This document shows, piece after piece, positions 48,501 to 57,348 of a stretch of DNA of 64,000 nt. The position numbers and the translations under genes were made by a program. Position 1 is the first letter of the stretch. Each line of letters begins with the position of its first letter. The stretch comes from a virus: IMG/VR virus record IMGVR_UViG_3300047091_000002, positions 1 through 64,000 of that record; one strand, 5' to 3'. The notes beneath the pieces are model-generated. The model had not been told where the DNA came from. It ran no database searches and was given only the letters and a program-made list of their open reading frames with translations.

Positions 48501-48854
48501 TGTGCCTAATTTAGTTTCTGCTGCGATAATCGCAAGAGAATGAATCATATGATGAACAGATACTATAAATAACTCTACCGAAACACCGGATGCGTGACTT
48601 ACTACTGTCGTACTATCTCTACCCCTAACAACATCTAAAAAGTGCGTAGAATCTTTTGATCCATAATAACAGATTTCAGTATTATTTATAGTAATTGCAC
48701 CAGTAGCAGGAAATGAAGACGTGCTGGATACTGTAATAATGGTATCAGTATCGCTATGAGAACCATTAAGCGTAGTAGTAGCATTATTACGAGTCTCTTG
48801 CAGCGATGAATTAGTATCAAGAGAGGTCGGGAAATTAGGAGTATCTGTTGGCAT
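45528..48854 (-). CDS. Tail fibre / receptor-binding protein (1108 aa)
   Basis: S/T/G/A-rich; repeated IxNxxIxxxAAIAxxK segments; position downstream of tail genes. Confidence 0.75.
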   Translation of the reverse strand: MPTDTPNFPTSLDTNSSLQETRNNATTTLNGSHSDTDTIITVSSTSSFPATGAITINNTEICYYGSKDSTHFLDVVRGRDSTTVVSHASGVSVELFIVSVHHMIHSLAIIAAETKLGTGSSTPTSGIFLKGTGTGTSAWTAIDAADIQSGTLSVNRLAGITNSQIDNAAAIAWTKISKSGSSLADLATRSATDLTTGTLADARLSSNVAFENTANVFNLVQTIIKNAIAETPTYALSLENNTPSTALVDQQYSPAIKFTGHAWNVEGSPAADTTSYVRTYLVPVVEGGEQHVTWKFQYSFDDSTYLDLIKLNDKTGITANLLSAVANTDFSISIGGGSQLIIYNSLGSTFKDLLWSYSPIGMDLIYYGEYFKIVKGGLADVLIIHGSATDEPVFDLIGNSLTTGPLFSGRVPIGGFTGNLIHITDMAGSPVDKFIVDADGVIVTGTIDYTSILNKSVVNVDVSASAAIAYSKLSLGNSILNADINSSAAIANSKLANSSITITGVTNQISISGSPVSLGGSVVIGTSQDIGTSSSPTFSSLTLASTGASIFSSRSQIKSSADSKLTLLNNAGNNFDMLLFGGTSSAFPAIKRESATIWFRLADDSDYCSAYAYSFVGVSSVITNFFNIGTAGGDDVRIDASGIAQKAAAYFQWSSTSASGGSSDLRLIRSAAGILALTNPAVAGAALEFTEMSTPSAPAANKARFFIRDDGGGATEAVMLFSDSSEIIVGASSIVTSFNGLTASTQTFVDDTNVTITSVSSTHTLGWSGQLAISRGGTGQSTQTAAFDALSPTTTRGDLIVNDGTNDVRLALGSSARYLRSDGTDALWAILSASDLGSGTVPLARLSAITTTELSATAGIVVGQGGTGTTTFTSNGVLYGNSTSAIQVTSQGAANSILTANAGAPSFSQTPTINTSIQVGVVSTQTGLLKLANSSTTNLTSIRAGNATNALIFTLPTNDPSAGQFLKAAAPSSGDVILSWSDTPTEQILVNGFILDVNTTSLQDAYTVPIGKTLVLTRIILRSPSTDLTTLSASFRTVNEETSSNLTNADIAAYFTSSAVYKQIIYTDTSANIATGELINSGFKVQLKVNSAFGSAATLKVDLFGYLI

Positions 48855-49327
48855 TAATGTTCTCCAGTGCGTCTAAAAGGTTTAGCTAAAAGCGCTTTAG
48901 CTCTGGAAATTTCCGAAGGCGTAAATTTATTAATCAATTTTTTCCTATTAGTTGATTGTGGTATAAGTGCTAAAACTAGAAATAAGAATTCATCTCCAGA
49001 GTCTCCTACGTTTAATCCATTTAAAAAAGAGCAATCTAAAATCATTGCTACTCCAGTCCAATTACATCTCTTTGCTGAACACGGCGCAGCGCCAGAAGTA
49101 AGAGAAAATCTAACATCGGCAGATGAAAAATCCGCATCGTCAAAAATCGTATCGAAAATTTTACAATCAATCAAGGATCGAATTTTACAATTAGATAAAT
49201 TACAAGAATACAATTCACATGAATAAAAATCAGGCAACGGATCGGAGAATCTGCAATTTACGAAAATCGTATCTCTATATACTCTCGCAATATGTTTAGA
49301 AATTGTCTCGCCCTCTATTCGTTCCAT
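48854..49327 (-). CDS. Pentapeptide-repeat-like protein
   Basis: FYSCE-LYSCN-LSNCK...IFDDA-DFSSA periodicity; start at ATG 49327 (TAATG coupling). Confidence 0.5.
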   Translation of the reverse strand: MERIEGETISKHIARVYRDTIFVNCRFSDPLPDFYSCELYSCNLSNCKIRSLIDCKIFDTIFDDADFSSADVRFSLTSGAAPCSAKRCNWTGVAMILDCSFLNGLNVGDSGDEFLFLVLALIPQSTNRKKLINKFTPSEISRAKALLAKPFRRTGEH

Positions 49328-49809
49328 TAGATTTCGCCGCGTTCTCGCTGATATTTTCTTTGTATAATAATGGGGTTCGCTAGTTCCCGACATTGCGTTA
49401 AAACATTCTTTTTTGTTAATCCGGTTAATTCTATCCAATCTCCAGTAGCATTATCCACTTTTCCGAACATTGAAGTGGTAAGAACAATTCTTACGAAAGT
49501 CCTGAATTCACAAGCTGTCGGAGTTTTACTTTCTATTTCAATATTCAAAATATTACCGAACTCTAGTTGTCCTTCCTTCGGGTTTAACTTATTACATTCT
49601 TCCTGCAATCTCAATAACCTCTCGTGAAAGATTCGCAATCTACCTAAAACTTCAATATACTTTTTGGAATCTATAGAAGACTCGTGTGTAAAATACGATA
49701 CCATTCGCATTCCACCTGGATAGTGAATGGCTAACTCTCTCATTATAGATTGTTTATTGCAGGTATCACATTTTACTTCTCGCTCTTTATCTTGTTTTAA
49801 TTCTATCAT
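49327..49809 (-). CDS. Hypothetical protein
   Basis: 160-aa ORF between tail genes. Confidence 0.6.
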   Translation of the reverse strand: MIELKQDKEREVKCDTCNKQSIMRELAIHYPGGMRMVSYFTHESSIDSKKYIEVLGRLRIFHERLLRLQEECNKLNPKEGQLEFGNILNIEIESKTPTACEFRTFVRIVLTTSMFGKVDNATGDWIELTGLTKKNVLTQCRELANPIIIQRKYQRERGEI

Positions 49810-49811
49810 AA

Positions 49812-52800
49812 TTAATAAACTGGATAATTATTAGGATAATTATTAGTTGCTTCCAAATCTCCATTAATAGGATTACCGGGATTATACGGAGGTGGAAATT
49901 GGCTGCTTGGTGGTAGAGGAACGTAATTACTAAAACTACTCCAACCATCACTTCCGGCACCTCTATACATATTTCTATATCTAATTCGTAAAGATCTAGT
50001 TAATGTTCCAGCAGGAGAAATCTTATAAAGAACTCCCGGTCTAAAGGGAATTATTTCACTTGTTTGTAGCGATCCGGGGCTAGTAAACTTCTGAAATTGA
50101 ATATCGGTTACAGAAAATGCATTTACTCCACTTGGAACCTGGACTTCTATAACATTTACAGGAGAACCGGATTCATCTACCCCCCGTGTAACTCGCATCG
50201 GACCTGTACCAGCGGGAACGGTTAAGGCGGTATCGGAAAAAACATTATCAAACCCGTTAAGAATCGTTATATCAATAACACTATTTCCTATAACGTCTTC
50301 TAATGGTCTCGAATAAGTTGAAAGTGGTCCAACCGTAGTCCATACACTAAAAGTTCCACGGTTCTGCATATTTTGAACTCTAGCATGAAACCATAGATTT
50401 TCTAGCACATCTGTCTTTCTTTTAAACGTAATTGGACCAGATCCGGTTTTCTCTTTACGAACATTCACTCCGGGAGTGGCAGAATTCGCCATTTGCACTT
50501 GCCATTCAAGTTGAGAATTAACATTCGATAGCGGAATAACTGGAGTAACAATAAATACTCCAAAATATTCTTGTACGTCTATTGATTGCGGTGCCGAAGG
50601 TGCTGCAATATCACCGGGAATATTGTCTGCCTCATTCGGTAATATTGTAGATGTAACGGCGGCAGTACCGTTGGTCTCCACCCCAGAAACTATGTTAACC
50701 GCCAATACTGTAGCGAACACCCCGTTAGTAATAAATGTAGATGCTATTTCGGATCGCTTTAAATGTGTAGTATGATGCGTATCGGTAACTAAAATAGTTG
50801 CAGCAGCTTGGGAAGCTGCAATTTGTCCGGTGTGAGGATCCATGAAAGTCCCCCCTAACCCAGATGTATAAAATATCTTATATCCTATTAAAGATTTAAC
50901 ATTGGAACTAGATCTAATCCATGTAGTTTTCCAACCCCTCTTATTGGTAAAGGTTAAATTTAAATTAGTTACAGCATTCGCGGCAGCAGTATCCTCTGTT
51001 TGAGCGTCATCTCTTATTGGAATTACTAACGGGGATGTAGTAGATGTTCCATCGGTTTCTACTCCGTTTACTACATTTACCGGAATTACTTTAATTCTTA
51101 CACCTGCTTGAAATTGCAATGCTATCTCAGAAAATTTCAAATGCGTTGTATGGTGGGTATCAGTAACTAAAATAGTTGCACCAATTTCAGTATTAGGAGA
51201 TGCTAGTTGTCCTGTATTAGCATTCATAAAATTCGTACCTAAAATATCTACATAGGAAATTTTATATCCTTTTATTGAACTTATATTAGATGCTGGTCTA
51301 ATCCACGTACCCTTCCACCCCTTACGATTTGTCCAAGTAAGTGCTATATTACCTACTACAGATGCAGCCGCCGTATCTTCTGAAATAGCATCTCCGGGTA
51401 AAGTTTGAGTAGTCGAATACTCAGTAAATGGTCCAGCACTTAATGTTCCGGTTGTTTGATTAAAATTATAGGATCGCACTGCTATTTTTAATCCATTAAT
51501 CTGAAATATACTGGCTAATTCCAATCTTAAAATATTTAAATTAATTTCATTTGGTTCAGTAAAAAATTCAGAATTAGCATCTGTAGTTATTGGTGTTCCC
51601 GGATTATTAATATCAACCCAATTATTTGAATCATTTCCGGCACGAATTTTAAAGCCGTACTTGGCTATTGCTTTAGGAGATTCGTCTGGACTAGACTGTA
51701 TGTGAGTCGGAGTATCCCACCGAGCTTTTGTTAACTTTTTATTTACTTTAAACGTAAGTCCAGCTTGCACTGCGGTTGCTTGGGAAGTTGAATTCACCCA
51801 ATTTGCCGCATCTCTATCGAATACGAAATCCGAATTTCCAGTAAGTGCTGCAATAGATGTAGTTGTTCCTGACGAGCCGAATCCTATATTAGAAGAAGGA
51901 TTCGTAGTTTCTATCGGACCTGTCGAGCCATTAGTAAAATTATATATGCGAGCTATTATCCCTATTCCCCCAGTAATAGCTCCGGCAGGAAGCGTTGCCT
52001 TGGTAACATGTCCGTGAAATCTAGATGGGCCAAAAAATCCCGAATTTCCGCCCCTTCCGAATGTTGCCGTAGTTGATGCAGTCGAAACGATACCAATATC
52101 CGCACCAGTATCAGGATTAAAGAGATTTCTTGCTACAGTAGTTCCGTTAGCAGTTGCGGGATAGAAGAAGCCGAATTCGTGGTCATGCACAGTATTATTG
52201 TTATTTGCAGATTGATTTAATTTAACAATAATTCCTTTGGAATTTTTCCAAGTCGCCGTTCCTGTAGCAACATCTGGGGCACCAACATCTACCGCGCCAC
52301 CACTAGAATCCGAACCCGGCGTTATTAACGAACTTGTTGATGTATTAGTCGATTCAGTCAATACTCCACCAACAATATTAGTTCCCCAAATCCGAAGCCT
52401 TACTCCAGAAGCTAAAAATATAGGATCAACTTGAGAACGTTTCAATTTAAGATGAAGGTGGCTACCTTCTACCTTGAATTTTGCTTGATTCTCCGTAGTT
52501 CCAGATGCAAAGGCTACTCCGGTATCAGGATCCATAAATCTAGCAGGTACGGAATCATTGAAAATTGATGCGTAATAAAATTGATGCGATGTTGCGTTAG
52601 TTGCAGGTCTATCCCACGTACCTTTAAATCCGAATCCATCTTTCCATCTTAATAAAATATTTTGCGGTGCGGATTCCATCGCAAGATCTCCGGTTGTAAC
52701 AGGAAGCCCCGAAGTAGTATTTAAAACAGTGGAAAAGTTAGTAGACCAACGCCCGTTTTTCTTTTGAGCTAGTACGGATACGAAATATGTTTGACCGGAT

Positions 52801-55800
52801 GTAATTGTTATTCCGCCGAATACCTCATCATTATAAAATCTTCTATGCGATACCGATTGAACATCTATAGCCTGAACATCTACATTTTTCGCAGTATTTC
52901 CAACATTATAAACCGTAACAATACCATTTCCTCGAATGGCATTAAGAGTTTTCGATACCCCCGGTGTATCGGTTCCATCAGTTGCTATAGTTATATCTTG
53001 TCCCGGTCCTTTTGTTCCGAATGGAACAGTAGATATAAGAACTAAGTATCTACGAACGGAGACTTCTTCTATAGCATCCCAATCGAATAAATATCCATCA
53101 TTTTTCTGTCTTATACTTCCACCAATTACAGTTTGTAATGTGTTTGTGAGTCCTGCTATACCGGGATGAAATTGAAAAGGTGCGGCATCGAATATAGCAT
53201 CTGTTTTGAAACTTTCTATTGGAGGCGGAGTACCAATATATCCTATTAAATATACTTTTTCAACAGTTTGTTGTTGCCCTACTTCTCGAATTTTAGGTCC
53301 ATAAAATACTATATCAGATGGAAAATAAGTACGATGTTTCTTTTTAGCCCACCTGAAATCTCGATTCATTATGATGTCTACATAACCATTTGCTAAATCC
53401 TCATCACTTACGTCTTGCAGATGGGAGTGAACTATTCGATTATCATCATAATTTCCTATAGAGTAATCTTCTACAGGATCAGATTCTTTCATCCGCATCT
53501 TTATAGCAGAATTACTTTGCCCAAGATGGATTCTATATTTACCTGAAAACTCTACTCCAGCAGTTTGATCATCATCATCCTCTATTGCTCCTCCTAAAAC
53601 TTGCGGAGCGGATTGGAAGAAATCAACAAGTGATATAGATCCTACAGTAACAGTTGGATTTGTTGCATCAAAGGGGGTTACAATAGTTCCCTCATCACCA
53701 AATCTATCTACCCAAGCAGCGGATGCCCATATAATATCATCTTTATCGGTATCTTTAAAATCCAAATGATACCGAGATATTCCAGTATCGGAAACTATTT
53801 TATGTGTTACAATAACTCCATCATCACTATCCTGATTGAATTCACTTCTTAATGTAACATCAGAAGTTCCAACATCCTTTCTTAATACGAAAAATCTAAT
53901 AAACTCTGCTCTACCAGTTATTTCCTTACCTGTAGGTGGTGGTCCCACACGAACTACTAATCTGCCACCGGGTTTAATTTTTACTACTTCAAATGGTGTA
54001 GGTGCTGGAAGTGTAGGAAGAGTACAAGCAAGTTCAAGAAAATCGCCACTATATTTATCTCCCATTCCTTGAACTCTAACTTTAATTGATTTAGACAATG
54101 GTTCATAAGGAAGAGGATACGATTCGTTGAATATCTCATCCACTTGCCTCCATATAGGAGGTGTTATAGGATCATTATCTTCATCAAGCAATCGTTGTAT
54201 TTGATAGATTTGGGCACCAGAAGGTCTACCCCAAGTATAAGTGATTAAATTAGTTTTTGCAGAATAGTGACAATGTACTGTAGATGTATCAATAGATAGG
54301 GGCGGATAAATCACCTCAACAAATAATTTATGCACCTTACTACCATCAGAAACAGTACCTCCAATAAATACTGGGGCTTCATGCAAATCTCCAGTAGCAT
54401 AATCAGCAGGATCAAATGATGAAGATGCCGGTTTTCCTGCTAAAGTAATCGAACCTCCAGAAATTCCCAAGGTAACATTATCAATATCATTCCAAGTACC
54501 GGAAGATATTCTAGGTCCGGTAGCCATTAAAGGTCTAAATCCAGGTCCGAAATCTTCTTGTTTTGCTAAGAGTTCTCGGTTAATTAACTCTACAGAATCC
54601 GGTTCTCCCAAAGTAATATGATAGTTGAGTACGCATACAATACTATTTGTCGAAGGATCATAATCACCGCCTAAAAATTCAACACTTACCTCACTTATGG
54701 GGACTGTAGCCGGTTCAATTAAATATTCGCTAGGTACATCTACAGCGAAAGTCTTAGGAGGAATAGGAAAATGACTTGTAAATATCGATTCTCTAAGTAT
54801 AGTTCCTTTAGGAAGAGGGAAAGCAAAATCATTTATAATTGCTTGACCTATAGAAGTACATTCCGCCTCGGTAATGGCAGTTTCGGATTGTATTAAATCT
54901 CCTTGACGAACTCCGAATACTGCCTGACTCGCCGCATCCTCTACAACAACATCGGCTTGTTTAGCCTCGTCATAATTAAGAAGAAGTCTAATAACTCCTC
55001 TAAGAGGTAATCTATCCCCAACGAAAGTGGCTATAGCACCATTCCCCGATTTGGATATTGAAATATCGGCAGTAGTACCCTGCCCAGTATCTACTCTAAG
55101 TCTTCTTCCCGGTTCTCCAGTATAAGGATTGGCTAAAAGTACAACATCAATTGCAGGACCGTAACTTGCGCTCCAACCCCTTGCGCTTATTCCCGATCCC
55201 CCGGAAATAATTAATTTAGGTTTCCCAAATCTATTACTTGGAGCCGCACCAGAATAAACTATCTTTTCTGTAACTATTACAGTTGTTCCATCGCCAGAAG
55301 CAATTTGATCCGTTACCAAGAGCCCGTCCGGTATAGGATCTATTTCTATCGTATTTCCACTTCGAGATTTTATAGTTACAAATCCTCGAATATCTTCTGG
55401 ATCTCCATTAGAAAATATTCTTATAGAATCGGGTAAATCATTTACAGTGTGTCCAGAAGGAAAAGAAAGAGTTAGTATATTACTCGATATTCCAGTAATA
55501 GTAGCTAAGACAGTAGATCCAGCATCCGCATTTAATAGACTTTCTGCTATTGTTACTTGCAATCCACCGGGGGTAAATTGAGCTAACCAATTGTACGAAT
55601 ATTGAATTGTGCCAGAAGGTGCGGGACCTCCTTGCATAAATGGTGTTGCCTGAGAAAAAGTTGCTCCTCCTACTACTGCACCCATCGAGCCTGGGTTTAC
55701 TGAAACTCCTAATACAGTGATATTATTTCTACCAATAAATCCGCATACTACGCCTGATCCAGTATTATGAATATCCGATACTTCAACAGTAGTGGGATAG

Positions 55801-56708
55801 TGAATAGGAGTTATTTTCGGTAAGGTAGTTTCATCAGTAGCACCTATATCCCCACCATCCATTGAGACATTAAGTAACTCGGCAGCATCAAGTCCGTAAG
55901 GCGTAGCTCCTAATTTAAATGATGAATCTAAAGCATCTATCTCTCTAAATTCCATTACAGTAGAGTTAGGACCACCGGCAACATTTCCCTTAATTCTTTG
56001 GTAATTGATTATTTGCTCAGAAGGAACAATAGGTTCTTTAAACGGTGAAAAATCGTGATCATCTTTATCTACTGAAAGTCCCGATATGCCAAAACTCGAT
56101 TCATAATTAGCAGTAATTCCCAATCCACCGGGACTAGATGGATCTAATATAGCGATATAATTACCGGCAGCTACATTTTGTTGTCTTAATATATCCGATA
56201 ATTTGCCAAAATCCTCTGTATTAAGATATGGTACGCTATTACCATCAACTATATTGGTTACAACTAACGTAGAATCAAGAAGTGGAATAAGAGTTCTTAA
56301 AATCTCCCCAGATGTAGATTCAATAAATTCCATCTTCGGAAGAGGAATTCTATCGCAAGCCGTCAATCTATCAATTAAATCATACGTATAAACAACGATA
56401 GGTGCGGAAGCCGCTCCAGCATAAAAAGTAGTCTGGGTAGTTACGGGAATCATTTGAAACACCTCTCCCGTAGGAACTACTATACTGAATGCACTTTGAA
56501 CTCCCGGAGCGGCTTCTGGATTATCGGTAGCATCAATCATTACAGAAGCTACAGCACCTAATCCTTTTCTTACGGTTAATTGAAATTTCTCCCACACGAC
56601 GGAATGAGAAAAATCCGAGTTTCCACCAATTAACCGAAGATCGGTCTTTGTACTAGCCGTTGCTCCATACAGAGCAACTCCATATTTTTTCGTGTTATAT
56701 TTCGCCAT
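49812..56708 (-). CDS. Large tail tip / host-specificity protein with FN3-like repeats (2298 aa)
   Basis: Follows tape measure; N-terminal hub-like region; repeated beta-sandwich modules with D..AP linkers. Confidence 0.75.
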   Translation of the reverse strand: MAKYNTKKYGVALYGATASTKTDLRLIGGNSDFSHSVVWEKFQLTVRKGLGAVASVMIDATDNPEAAPGVQSAFSIVVPTGEVFQMIPVTTQTTFYAGAASAPIVVYTYDLIDRLTACDRIPLPKMEFIESTSGEILRTLIPLLDSTLVVTNIVDGNSVPYLNTEDFGKLSDILRQQNVAAGNYIAILDPSSPGGLGITANYESSFGISGLSVDKDDHDFSPFKEPIVPSEQIINYQRIKGNVAGGPNSTVMEFREIDALDSSFKLGATPYGLDAAELLNVSMDGGDIGATDETTLPKITPIHYPTTVEVSDIHNTGSGVVCGFIGRNNITVLGVSVNPGSMGAVVGGATFSQATPFMQGGPAPSGTIQYSYNWLAQFTPGGLQVTIAESLLNADAGSTVLATITGISSNILTLSFPSGHTVNDLPDSIRIFSNGDPEDIRGFVTIKSRSGNTIEIDPIPDGLLVTDQIASGDGTTVIVTEKIVYSGAAPSNRFGKPKLIISGGSGISARGWSASYGPAIDVVLLANPYTGEPGRRLRVDTGQGTTADISISKSGNGAIATFVGDRLPLRGVIRLLLNYDEAKQADVVVEDAASQAVFGVRQGDLIQSETAITEAECTSIGQAIINDFAFPLPKGTILRESIFTSHFPIPPKTFAVDVPSEYLIEPATVPISEVSVEFLGGDYDPSTNSIVCVLNYHITLGEPDSVELINRELLAKQEDFGPGFRPLMATGPRISSGTWNDIDNVTLGISGGSITLAGKPASSSFDPADYATGDLHEAPVFIGGTVSDGSKVHKLFVEVIYPPLSIDTSTVHCHYSAKTNLITYTWGRPSGAQIYQIQRLLDEDNDPITPPIWRQVDEIFNESYPLPYEPLSKSIKVRVQGMGDKYSGDFLELACTLPTLPAPTPFEVVKIKPGGRLVVRVGPPPTGKEITGRAEFIRFFVLRKDVGTSDVTLRSEFNQDSDDGVIVTHKIVSDTGISRYHLDFKDTDKDDIIWASAAWVDRFGDEGTIVTPFDATNPTVTVGSISLVDFFQSAPQVLGGAIEDDDDQTAGVEFSGKYRIHLGQSNSAIKMRMKESDPVEDYSIGNYDDNRIVHSHLQDVSDEDLANGYVDIIMNRDFRWAKKKHRTYFPSDIVFYGPKIREVGQQQTVEKVYLIGYIGTPPPIESFKTDAIFDAAPFQFHPGIAGLTNTLQTVIGGSIRQKNDGYLFDWDAIEEVSVRRYLVLISTVPFGTKGPGQDITIATDGTDTPGVSKTLNAIRGNGIVTVYNVGNTAKNVDVQAIDVQSVSHRRFYNDEVFGGITITSGQTYFVSVLAQKKNGRWSTNFSTVLNTTSGLPVTTGDLAMESAPQNILLRWKDGFGFKGTWDRPATNATSHQFYYASIFNDSVPARFMDPDTGVAFASGTTENQAKFKVEGSHLHLKLKRSQVDPIFLASGVRLRIWGTNIVGGVLTESTNTSTSSLITPGSDSSGGAVDVGAPDVATGTATWKNSKGIIVKLNQSANNNNTVHDHEFGFFYPATANGTTVARNLFNPDTGADIGIVSTASTTATFGRGGNSGFFGPSRFHGHVTKATLPAGAITGGIGIIARIYNFTNGSTGPIETTNPSSNIGFGSSGTTTSIAALTGNSDFVFDRDAANWVNSTSQATAVQAGLTFKVNKKLTKARWDTPTHIQSSPDESPKAIAKYGFKIRAGNDSNNWVDINNPGTPITTDANSEFFTEPNEINLNILRLELASIFQINGLKIAVRSYNFNQTTGTLSAGPFTEYSTTQTLPGDAISEDTAAASVVGNIALTWTNRKGWKGTWIRPASNISSIKGYKISYVDILGTNFMNANTGQLASPNTEIGATILVTDTHHTTHLKFSEIALQFQAGVRIKVIPVNVVNGVETDGTSTTSPLVIPIRDDAQTEDTAAANAVTNLNLTFTNKRGWKTTWIRSSSNVKSLIGYKIFYTSGLGGTFMDPHTGQIAASQAAATILVTDTHHTTHLKRSEIASTFITNGVFATVLAVNIVSGVETNGTAAVTSTILPNEADNIPGDIAAPSAPQSIDVQEYFGVFIVTPVIPLSNVNSQLEWQVQMANSATPGVNVRKEKTGSGPITFKRKTDVLENLWFHARVQNMQNRGTFSVWTTVGPLSTYSRPLEDVIGNSVIDITILNGFDNVFSDTALTVPAGTGPMRVTRGVDESGSPVNVIEVQVPSGVNAFSVTDIQFQKFTSPGSLQTSEIIPFRPGVLYKISPAGTLTRSLRIRYRNMYRGAGSDGWSSFSNYVPLPPSSQFPPPYNPGNPINGDLEATNNYPNNYPVY

Positions 56709-56722
56709 ACAAGATTAATTAT

Positions 56723-57340
56723 TTAAAATTTCACAAACAATCCAACTTTACCACCATACGATTCTCCAATGTAGTGCTTACTAGGATCGAATGTAGCGAC
56801 AAATCTAGCTATAGAAACTCTGCCCGAACTATAAAATCCTATATTACCTATTATAGGTTTAAAATATTCTACAACTACTGTCATACCCTTCAATGAATTC
56901 GGATCAGCTAGGGTCCCGCGTATAGGTCCAAGAAAGCTAAGAGTTCCTACAAAATCACTTGCTTTAATTCCTATTCCTACTGAATCACGAGATACGGTTT
57001 TGGTGTACTTGGAATTTCTATGGCTTGTAATTGATCCACTTCCTAATATAAATATATTATCGGTTAGATAGAACCTAGCACCTATTCCACATACTAAAGT
57101 ATGCCCATCAGATAAGAAAGTTTTTTCTGATGCCAACCACTCAGTATTAAGGATGCCTTCCCAACGAGGTGAGAATTTATAATATCCTGTTAAACTAGCC
57201 CCGCTGGTAGGTGCTTTATAGGAAAATTGAGAATTATCTGCAATATCATATGCAACAACTATTTTAGCTTTCTCCTGCGCTCCGCAAGAAAGACTAACTA
57301 AACATAATAGAATGAAAGAATAAAGAATCTTTCTAAACAT
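56723..57340 (-). CDS. Outer-membrane beta-barrel-like protein (Lom/Ail-like position)
   Basis: Sec signal peptide, alternating amphipathic strands, C-terminal ...GGKVGLFVKF. Confidence 0.7.
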   Translation of the reverse strand: MFRKILYSFILLCLVSLSCGAQEKAKIVVAYDIADNSQFSYKAPTSGASLTGYYKFSPRWEGILNTEWLASEKTFLSDGHTLVCGIGARFYLTDNIFILGSGSITSHRNSKYTKTVSRDSVGIGIKASDFVGTLSFLGPIRGTLADPNSLKGMTVVVEYFKPIIGNIGFYSSGRVSIARFVATFDPSKHYIGESYGGKVGLFVKF

Positions 57341-57348
57341 TTTTCTCC

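Noticed and set aside
45528-56708. Diversity-generating retroelement targeting tail genes
   Set aside because: No reverse transcriptase and no template/variable repeat pair differing only at adenines was seen
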